Both the position numbers and the translations under genes were made by a program. A stretch of DNA of 60,119 bases, filler included, from Sphacelaria rigidula (Eukaryota), in assembly GCA_964200075.2 (NCBI GenBank). It is 6 parts of 6 records of this genome, joined end to end, with 100 filler letters (N's around TTAATTAATTAA, not from the genome) between each part and the next. Parts side by side here need not be neighbours in the genome. Positions count along the whole stretch, not along the records: positions 50,184 to 60,119 come from CAXNAA020007456.1; 5 more parts are not named here. One strand, written 5' to 3'. Shown in pieces: positions 50,300 to 60,119 of this stretch; position 1 is the stretch's first letter; each line of letters starts with the position of its first letter. The notes beneath the pieces are model-generated. The model worked only from the letters and a program-made list of their open reading frames with translations. It was not told the origin of the DNA and ran no database searches.

Positions 50300-53200
50300 G
50301 GAATCGATTTGAGCGAAAGTCGTTCCTTTTTCTTGAGTTTGTTCCAGGCGAATTTTCAAAGCTTTCGGCCCAAAAAAGACAGTGGAATCCGTGAAGAGGT
50401 ACATGGTGGCTTGTGTACAGACAGTCTGTACTATCTGGACTGTTCGCATGCAGTGTGTCTTGACTGTTGTATATTCGTGTTTCGTACACTAGGATACACG
50501 GTTCGGACGAATCATCCTCGGTTCGAATCACCAAATCCACGATTATTCAGGCCTAACTGCTCAACAAATAGAAAAACGTTCACCAGTGGTCATAGAGGTC
50601 TCGACGCAATTTTTGCGCCATTCCACGTGCCTGGACTGCGCGCATACCTGGGTTGCAACGCTGAAAACAAAGCCTAAGGATTGATTCGTACCGTACGAAT
50701 CAATCACCCTAAAATCAAGTCATTTCCCGACGAATCATTCATTCGGCCGACCCGTGGTAGGATGTGAAAGAGGAGGGGGGCAATGTGCAGTGCAGACAGC
50801 GCAGGACTATCTGCCCTCTCTGCTTACAATGCGACGCGATATGGACTTGGACAACGTACAGCTTTGTATTGCCTTCAATGTCCATGACCGTGCACGCAAG
50901 TCGGTTATCCATCCTACCACGCAGTTCCGTCGCTGATCTCTATAATAAAAATAGATGCTCAAGCTTTCGCCAAGAAATAAATAAAAAATCATGCCCAACC
51001 TCTGCAGTGTATCCACATTTATCCCTGTGCTCAACTCGTGCTCCATACTGCAGGGTTCTGTGAACGGGTGGTATCTGGCGTGGTGGTCTGTAGGATAGGA
51101 GGCAAGTGCCCCTTCGTGCCTTTCGACCGCATGTTTTCGATAAAAAAAAGCTCAGCTTTTTTTTCTATACTTCTTCTCCGCGAGTTACTACTTACAAAAA
51201 AAATTGAAGCCAGATAGGAATACAAATTTTCTTTTCAACCGCACTTTTTCGATCGAAAAAGGAGAGAGGTGGAATTGATTTGAGCGAAGTTGTTTATTTT
51301 TCGCGAGTTGGGTCCAAGCGAATTTGCAAGTTTTCGATCGAAAGAAGACGGTGGGAATCGTGAAACGGTACATGTGCGCTAGTCCAAAGTACAGCCAGTT
51401 CTGTATTGTCTGCACTGTTTGCATACAGTGTGGCTGAGTGTGTGTGTGTGTGTGCGTGTTTCGTAAACAAGGATGCGGAAGAGAAACGGGAAACGTGCAG
51501 TACGGACAGCGCAGGGCTATATGTATACTCTCTGCTTACGATGCGACGTGAAAAGGACTTGGAACAACGTGCAGCTTTGTACTGCCTGCCCTGTCCGTGA
51601 GCGCAAGCCGGTCGCCGACCCTACCACGCGGTTCCGTAGTCGATCCATGAAGGGATATAGTAAAGTTTCTCCAACAAAAAAATAACAAACCATACCCAAC
51701 TACTGCCGTGTGTCTTTCCCTGCGCTGAACTCGTGCTCTATGCTGCAGGGTTGCGATGGTGGCTGAGAATGAACTGTGTGGGGCTTACATGGTTGTGTGA
51801 AGGGGTGTTATCTGGCGTGGTGATCTGCAAGCTAGGAGTCAAGTGTCGCTACGTGCCTCTTCTCGGCATGTTTCCGATCGAGAAAGCTTAGTTGAGAGTT
51901 TTTGTTCCTCCAGTCCGCGCGCTACTAATCATACAATAGGAACAGAAATGCAGTGGACCTATCAGATAGAAAATAATGTTTTCCGCCAAACTTTTTCGAT
52001 CGAAAAAAAGGGGCGGAGGAATTGATCTGATCAAAATTCGCTCATTTTGCTCGCGTTGGGCCCAAGTGAATTTGCAATATTTTGATTAAAAAAAAACAGT
52101 GAAATTCGTGCAACGGTACTTGGTCGCGTGTATACAGTACGCGCACAGACAGTCTGTACTGTCTGCACTGTTTGCATGCAGTCAGAGTGCGTGTGTGCGT
52201 GTTTCGTGCAGTAGGATGTGAAGGAAAGGCGGGCAACGTGCAGTACAGGCAGCGCAGGACTATATGTTCTCCATGGCCGCAATGCGACATGACAAGGATT
52301 TAGACAACGCGCAGCTTTGTATTGCCTGCACTGCCTATAAGCGTGTACGCAAGTCGATTGCCCACCCTACCACGGAGTGCCGTCGCTGATCCCTACCAGG
52401 AAAGATGCTCAAGTTTTGGCTCACCTCCCACAGATACGGGTAACTCAAAGTAATTTAAATATTTTTGCGCGAAGCGCGATTATGGCCGAGCATTTGAAAA
52501 TCGCCACTCGGCAAAAATCGAGATCCCACCCAAAATCAGGGGAAGAACTATCGAATGGGACATGTCCTGTATCACTGTGCCGCAGCACAAACACACTCAT
52601 GCTCTGTCTTGTGTGCTGTAGCTGTCGCTGCACTGTGGCGTCTTCAGGCCTTTGTGGAGACGGTTTGATCTCCGCGGGGAATGAATGCCCAAGTTGCTTT
52701 ATATTGTCACTCCGTGAGTCTCTATGGAAAATGATGTTGTCGGCACGCAGTGCCCCTACACATTGTTGAAACCTTCATGGTGGGTTGGCTGTTTCGTCTC
52801 GGATCAAACGAACAAGGCGCTTCCCAAACCCATCATTTCTATGCTGTTGTGCATCTAAACACTCTACGACGATCACGGTGCGATGTGCGCAGGAGAGTGC
52901 CTGACCAGTTGTACTGCTGCATGCTGTGTTTCGGTCTGCACAGAATGGGGGTGGGACCAAAGTGCTGTCTAAACATGGAAAGGTTGAAAGAATCGTCACG
53001 TGACGGATGTGCAACTTTCTGTTGCGTCTCCTCTGGTACTTCAGTTATAGTAGAGGGCTGTGATCGGGCAAGACACGCAAGGCGGTGCGTGCAGGTTGGG
53101 GCAAACAAAGCTACTTTTCGACTCATATTCCATTCGTTTGTCTTACCTGATTGAAGAAAGGTCGCCGTATTTTGGTGTATTTAAAGACTGGGATTGGGCG

Positions 53201-53745
53201 AAAAACCTTTCCATTCATAATTCTTGCCCTAATCTATGCCCCGTGCCCAAGTTTTAGCCAACAAAGAATAAAATAAACAAGGCATACCCAACTGCTGCAG
53301 TGTATCTATCCCCTGTGCTCAATTCGTGCTCCATGCTGCAGCGTTGCGGTGGTAGCTGAGAATGAGTTGTATGCAGTTTGCATGGTTCTGTGACGGGTGG
53401 TATCTAGCGTGGTGGTCTGTAAGGTAGAAGTCAAGTACTGTATCCCTTCGTGCCTTTCGACCGCATTTTTTCGATCGAAATAGCTTCGTGTAGCTGGGCT
53501 TCTACTTATTATGCTGGGTACGGTAATAATGCATGTGACCCATCATTATTTTCAAGATTAACGATTTTGTCAGACCCCGTACTAGCGTAATTAGTAGAAG
53601 CCTAACTACTGTACCTTTATTGCGTTTCACCTCTTCTCCACGCGCCACTAGTTATTAAGAATAGTTGGAGTCAATTAGGAATAGAAATGCGGTTGACCTA
53701 TCAGATCAAAAGTTTTCTTTTCCACCGCACTTTTCGATTTTAAAA
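50300..53745. repeat. Three diverged tandem copies of a ~750-bp unit, two with nested insertions
   Basis: Units start GGAAT.GAT.TGA at 50300, 51271 and 52018 and end CTTTT(T)CGAT. Insertions at 50497-50756, ~52421-53245 and 53490-53628. Confidence 0.8.
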
Positions 53746-55088
53746 ATGTGCCTCAAGAGACGCCCCACCCTAAGACACACGCCCTAAGAGGCCCCCTCGT
53801 GGGAGCAAGTGGGTAAGAGACAGCGAGAGGGTTAAATAGGGGTCATTCCTCACCCTGTTCAGCGAATTCAGTACAAAATACGCACCAAATACCCACCTGT
53901 CGAAGCGGAGACCCCCACAACGTCGGGGGTCACTGATATCCCCCCTCCCGACCTTCTCCTCCTCGCACGCTGTGGCAAAGCTTCCCAACTTGATAGTTCC
54001 GACATGATATAGAAGCCGCTGTCGTGCGCTCGAACGCGGCGTGTGGCTTCCGTCAGGGAGGTATCCAAGCTGACGGTTGTACAACACTGTACAACAGCTG
54101 TCTGTGGCAGGCGGTACTGGCGGAGTACTTGTGTGTGTTGTCCAGTGTGTTTCGTCTTGCAGCAGTGACGTTTCACCGCACAAGTCCTTCGGGCGCACTG
54201 ACGATGGCGTCTAACGAATGACACCAACCTATAGCGGTACTACAGCTACAACAAAATATCTCCGTAGATGTATCACTGTCTTCATGGGCAGAAAAGCTCG
54301 CAGTCGAAAGTGTATCGGACTTGAGACCTGAACAACAATCTCTCCGCAAATCTCCGGATGTTGACCAAGCGTATGCGAGCACGTACCCGCCAACCCCACT
54401 CTGGTACGTACCGGAGGTTACACGATGACAAGCTGTAGATATATGGAATTTTTTCTCGTGCCCGACAGTGGCAGGAGAGCGACTATGTTGTGGGTACACA
54501 AAATTCGACTTCAAGGTCGAGGTCGACGAGGGAAAGGGACTGCTGAACCCGTTTCGCGATAAAAAATAAAAAGGCAAGCACCGCAGAAGGAAGGTGGCGT
54601 ACTAAAAACAACAGAAAAAAGAAAAAACTCCTGTATTGACCTTCCTCCTGTGTTACCCCCGCTGGTGCGCCCACACTTACCGAAAGTTGTAGACTGGCGC
54701 CCAGAATAGATGGGACGACAACACACACAAACAGACAGATATGTAGCACTTGTGATTGATGGGTGTCCCTCACTATCACTATGTATCCTGCTTGATTTTG
54801 TGTACTCTTCGTATCGATCGGGAGAAAGTGGTGAGAGCAGGAAGCTTCCGAACATGAAAATAGCGTCTTCATTGATCGTGGACCTGATGAACATCCCTGG
54901 ACACCGGATTATATCGTCAAAAAGTGTACTGCGTGCAGTATCGAATCGTTTGTCTGACTGTTGCGCAGTAGTACAGTTGTATCGAATCATCTGTCCGATA
55001 GACTACTGTCGTCCAGAGGGTGAAATAAAGCGAATTCGATACACTGGAACTAAACGGCGGGGCGCCGGCCCGCCACCGCCATGTCATG

Positions 55089-55253
55089 GGTGAATGACAT
55101 GAAGCTCTTCAGAGACCTACGTATAAAATAGCTGCAGTATAATAAAGACTAAATACTATATAGTCCAAAATTGTTCCGAAACGAAGGATATCCTTCGTTT
55201 CGGAATAGTTGAAGAGTTGACCCCCAATCGCTCCGCCCTTTATGTCATTCACC
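55089..55253. mobile_element. Small MITE containing a perfect 32-bp palindrome
   Basis: TIR GGTGAATGACAT / ATGTCATTCACC; TTCCGAAACGAAGGATATCCTTCGTTTCGGAA at 55174-55205. Confidence 0.6.
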
Positions 55254-57039
55254 ATAGCTGCCATATTCCGCTGGCCCATCTGTGACTAGAGCCGAGCTAG
55301 GGCAGTAGCTGGGTATAGCCAAATACACTGGGTGGGGATTCTGATCTCTCCACATCTACCTTCCTGTGTATCTGTGTTGTTCGGTGGCTTTGTTGCTGAA
55401 TTTTCTCCGTATAACGTAAGGTGGGCATCTTTCTGCCACATCAAGTTTGTGTAACGGACGCAACAAACGCCCCGCCCCAAACTGTCATCACAGCGCACAC
55501 CGCAGGCAGCCCCCATTGATTGCCCTGTAGACTGCTCTGCTGCGCGGCAACTACCATTTGAAGTCGGGTGAGAGCGAAAGCACAAGTCTCATCGTAATTG
55601 GAACAGGGCTCGAAGGAGTGTGAGCACTATGGCCATGAGGAGAGGGACATCTGGGAATTCCAACAGGGGCGGCCGGCAAGTCAAGGATACGAAAGAGGTC
55701 AGTGCGGAGACAAAATGAAACTTGTGCAGTTGTTGGGATGGGGGGGGAGGGGGGTTGCAGGCGCACGGGCGCAGCACACGGAGAGGAACACCTGTTTGTT
55801 GGTTGCCGTCGCTGCGGTACGTGTACTGTCTCCGTGTGTGCACCTTTTCGGTCGAGTGACGGCTGGTTGCTCTGCGTGTCTCGACGGCATCCCGCACGAC
55901 TCTCGTCTGCACAACAATCTCCTGCTGACGGCATCCCGCATGAATCTCGTATGTGAAACATCTGATCGATAGTGTATCCATGGTTGTATCCACAACGGCG
56001 CCGCAGTTTGGGGCGTTTCTGTTCTCTGGCCCTTCCGCCACCCCAGAGGTGTTCATCTTGGGAATCGGCATCAATTTCAATCGAAAAATGACAATCAAGC
56101 TCAGCTGTTCGAAGGGCTAAAGTAAGCCTTCAACCCCACGATGCCCAACCGCCTACCCTAGGTTACTTACTTACTTCGTACCTGGCACATGGCCGAAAAA
56201 TTCAAATTATATCAGATTCTGATGCAAGCGAGCAAACCCGGCCGGCATGTTGTAGACTTCTCGAGAGGACGCAGCACTCGTTGTCCGTACCGTATTGGAC
56301 GGTATACTGTAGTGCAGTGTGATGATGGAGCGTAGACAGGCACTACAGTAGAGCGCCCGTACTGTACAGCACAGCAACAGCACAGCTACAACACAGTACA
56401 GTGACTCCTGAGTAGAGTACTGTCAAAAGAGTATGCCGCCCGTCGCAAGCCACCCTCCTGCTTGACAGAGTCGCCCGAACGCTCAACCTCATCTTGGGTC
56501 TCGCATCCGCACTACAGTATCTCCAGGTGACCTGGTATCAGGTGACTAGCCGGCCTCCCACCCACCATCAGCCCTCACGACGTGTGGAAGCGGCTCACGA
56601 CTAACCCCTCGCACAGTAGTTTGTGATGGAAGTGTCGATCTGAGTCAACCTCCGCCACCAAATGAGTGCAAATGTCTCTGCCCTGATTCAAACCGTTAAC
56701 CCAACCGTTGGATCTCTAGCCTCGTCTCGGAATAATATAGTCGTCTGGGAGATATTACAGTTGATGGTTTTCAGGGACCGGGGAATGGCAGGTCGTACCT
56801 GAGGTGGGGTGGTGAGTGGGGTGTTTTGAGGTCGTCAGAAGAAGCTTCGCAGGATAATAACCGTTTCTGAGCGGTATTTAGAAATCGGAGCGATCAGGTC
56901 CCGTCTCAACTCTCAACCCTTTGATCGCCAGCGTACGCCCTCTGTTGAATCGGCATCAATTTCGCTTGAAAATCAACGCATGAATCCAAATGACCGACCC
57001 TCGCCAGTACAGTACAGTGTAGTTCACCACTTGGGAGGG

Positions 57040-57675
57040 TGCTATGGTTGATGTTCAGTTCGACTTGATTATAGTGCGGACAGCGAAATCCGGATATTTA
57101 GTGGGGCTGTGCTCCAAGCATGCTCCTAGCGCGCGCAGAACGCGTTTTTGTCGAAATCGGCGCCTGGGGCGCCGATTCGAGGTCTGGCAACGCACACGTT
57201 GCCCATAGCATTCCTTGCACCCCCTTACCCCGAGGGTTCTCGGTGTGCCTTCGTTAGAGTCAGGCTTAGTGCTAGTGTTATTCGTAGGGTTATGGTTTGT
57301 TCGAAATGATGAATTTCCGAGACATTTCTTACGCTCCCAAGTGGTGAACTAACCTCCCCTCACAGGAGGCGACCTGAGGAAATGTACGTAAACGATGGTT
57401 GGTACTATGGAGACGCCGCCAATTCTCACGCTGACCCTAACCCTAACCCCGACCAAGGCATACCGAGAGCCCTCGGGCAAGGGGGTGCAGAGTGCTGTTC
57501 CGTGGCGACGTGTGCGTTGCCAGAGCTCAAATCGAAGCGTTTCAGCTGATTTTCGCCCAAAACATGTTCTGGACGAGCTGGGTCCACTGCTCACCACTGC
57601 TCACCTGCCCCAGACCATGATTTTTCTCAGAACCTTCGTCAGCCTGAAATCAAGTAAAATCGACCACCAACCATT
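57040..57675. repeat. Diverged long inverted repeat with telomere-like motifs at the inner ends of the arms
   Basis: TCTGGCAACGCACACGT (57183) versus ACGTGTGCGTTGCCAGA (57508); ACCCTAACCCTAACCCC at 57434-57450. The arm is homologous to 2885-3020. Confidence 0.7.
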
Positions 57676-58294
57676 GTTGACGTACATTTCCTCAGGTGCA
57701 CTGCCTCACAGTGTTATTCCTTTTCCATATTATGGAGGCATTTGTGTGGGAGAATATGTACCGTCCGGTAGATACTGTCATATTCCGCAGTTTCAATTGT
57801 CTCAAACCAAGAGTAGAAATCGTCACGGGAAGAGGGGTGGGCACTTCCAGCATCAAAAGCTCGCTTCATAGGCGGTGTGCGCAGGTGGAAAAAGCACCAT
57901 CACGCACGAGACCCATCACAGCACACATTGCAAGCGATTGCTACTGAAAAGAGGTCGCGTCCCGATAGTACACGGCGAAGTTGTGCAAGTTTCTTTACGT
58001 GCCGGCCTCACCCCGCGCGCACGGATTTCAAATCACACTTGTATACAGTACAACGATCGGACGGGGCCGCTATCGGCGGCCCCGTCCTCCACAATAGGTG
58101 TGGAAAGGGGTCAATTTAATGTGGGAGATGGTAAAGGCAATGACTCCTACCAAGAGGTTGAGCCAAAGATTGAATATCTGTATCGGTTATGAAACTATGT
58201 TGAATGTGATGAGTAGAAGATGGAAGATCCGGCACGGGCGCAATGTTTGATCCGTTCGTTCGCGCATTTTTTTACCCTTTCAGGGCGTTTCTTA

Positions 58295-59785
58295 GGCCAA
58301 CTCTAAAGGGAGCCGTTCAAAATCCCGGTCTAAAACTGCCTTTTGGGCCCGTCTCCGTCGATTTACGCCCGTAAAGAGGGCTAGACGTATGTTGACGCCT
58401 TGGAATGACTTGCTCTACTCGTTGAGACCGTTCTAGGTCAACTTTGCATTTCCCGCTGACCGCACTTTTGTTTTTGGCCAAATGAGGCCAAACACGGATG
58501 TTCAGTATAAAACGATCAGGTGATCAAAATTTCCCCCTGTTTTTTTATCGCTTGACCGTCTTTTCTTGAAAATCCGTGTTTCGCCAACAATGGAAAGGCC
58601 ACCAGCGGAAAATGCAAAGTTGCCCTGGAACGGCCTCAATGAGTAGAGCGAGTCATTCCAAGGCGTCATTATCCGCCCAGCCCTCTTTTCAGGCGAAAAA
58701 CGACGGAGAAGGGCCAAAAAGGCAGTTTTGAACAGAAATTTTGAACGAACGGCTCCCCTTTTTTTCTTTTTCCTCACACTTTGAACCCCTCCCCTTCCTC
58801 GGCATGAGTCCGTGGTCTCGAGGAATCAACCCGTCTCTCCCCTGGTACGCGCCTTTCATTTCGGTCTCGCGGATTGGGTCAGCACTTCCGCACCGCGTCA
58901 ACTCACGTCACACAAACCCCGTCGACTACTTTGTTTACTCACGTTCTCACGCTTTCCACCGTGGAAATCAGACGTCACGAAGAAAAAACCCGAAGGCATC
59001 GGAAATCGAACCCCCGTTCTCTCCACCCCTATGGCGATAGTCGGACCATTACACCACCGGCGCGTTGTTGTTGTTGTTTTGTGTTGGCGTGGCACCATTG
59101 AAGTCGGTCTTGGCCAAAAAGGCAGTTTTCAACAGGAATTTTGATTGGTTTCCATCAGGGTCGGTCTTAGACCGGCTCTAGTAGAGCAAGGCATTCCAAG
59201 GCGTCAACATCCGCCAAGCCCTCTTTTCGGGCGTAAATCGACGGAGAAGGGCCCAAAAGGCAGTTTTCGATATATTTTTTGAACGGCTCCCTTTACAGTT
59301 GGCCTAAGACCGACTCTAATGGAAGCCGTTCAATTTTTTTTATTAAAACTGCCTTTTTGGCCCTTCTCCGTCGTTAGCCTGAAAGAGGGCTAGGCGGATA
59401 TTGACGCCTTGGAATGACTTGCTCTACTCATTAAGGCCGTTCCAGGGAAAATTTTGCATTTCCCGCTGGCCGCACTTTCATATTTGGCCAAACACGGATT
59501 TTCAACAAAAAACGGTCGAGCGATCAACAAAAAGGGGTACATTTTTATCACCTGACCGTTTTATACTGAAAAATCGTGTTTGGCCTGGTTTGGTCAAAAA
59601 CAAAAGTACGACCAGCGGGAAATGCAAGAGTTTCCCTATAATAGAACGGTCTCATCGACCAGAGCAAGTCATTCCAAGGCGACAACATCCGCCTGTAGCC
59701 CTCTTTTCGGGCGCAAATCGACGGAGAAGGGCCCCCAAAGGCAGTTTTAAACAGGAATTTTGGATGGCTTCCTTTAGAGTTGGCC
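58295..59785. mobile_element. Cluster of palindromic PIF/Harbinger-type MITEs
   Basis: TIR GGCCAACTCTAAAG / CTTTAGAGTTGGCC. Copy 59308-59785 is flanked by TAA/TAA and abuts another copy ending at 59304. Confidence 0.8.
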
Positions 59786-60119
59786 TAAGGGCGTGTCTTA
59801 CTATAGGCCAACTCCTATGGGAGCGTTTAGAAGTTTATTTTGCAGTAATTGTAAACGACTTCTTTTTTTTTTCTTTGCCTTGGTTGTGTATTTTGTACCC
59901 GTTCACCATGATGACGAAGAAGAAAAAGAAACTCCTCTGAAATTGTTGCAAAATGAAATTACAAACGCTCCCATAAGAGTTTGCCTTGGCACCTTTTTTA
60001 TTCGATCGAAAAAGTGTGATCGATTTTTTTTTGCCCATTTGATAGGTCCCCCGCATTCATGTTCCTCGGAGGCTTCAACTCAAAATTATAATTGGCGGCG
60101 CGCGGAGAAGAATGCAACG

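Overview
Eukaryotic, repeat-rich genomic DNA, most consistent with a brown alga (Phaeophyceae). That is an inference from TTAGGG telomere motifs, short exons in multi-kb GT-AG introns, CAG/CTG-rich simple sequence and the TE types. The window is not one locus. It is six unplaced scaffolds of 9937, 9937, 9937, 9936, 9936 and 9936 bp, sorted by size and joined by 100-bp N-TTAATTAATTAA-N spacers, so adjacency across spacers is meaningless. Scaffold 1: last two exons of an At4g14100-like gene plus MITEs. Scaffold 2: three internal exons of a UBC4/UBE2D ubiquitin-conjugating E2, with MITE-filled introns. Scaffold 3: a decayed Ty3/Gypsy LTR retrotransposon (candidate LTR, gag zinc knuckle, RT, RNase H) with a nested MITE. 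Scaffold 4: a truncated hAT transposase fused to a (CCCTAA)n tract, and a large decayed multi-exon gene I cannot assign. Scaffold 5: a 41-bp palindromic minisatellite, an Academ-like C-terminal Cys-rich exon and an inverted-duplication hairpin. Scaffold 6: a ~750-bp tandem array and PIF/Harbinger-type MITEs. A tRNA-derived SINE-like family recurs across scaffolds. I see no CRISPR array, no intact tRNA or rRNA gene, and no clearly intact novel system. The best leads are the Academ-like remnant, the unassigned large gene and the hAT-telomere junction.
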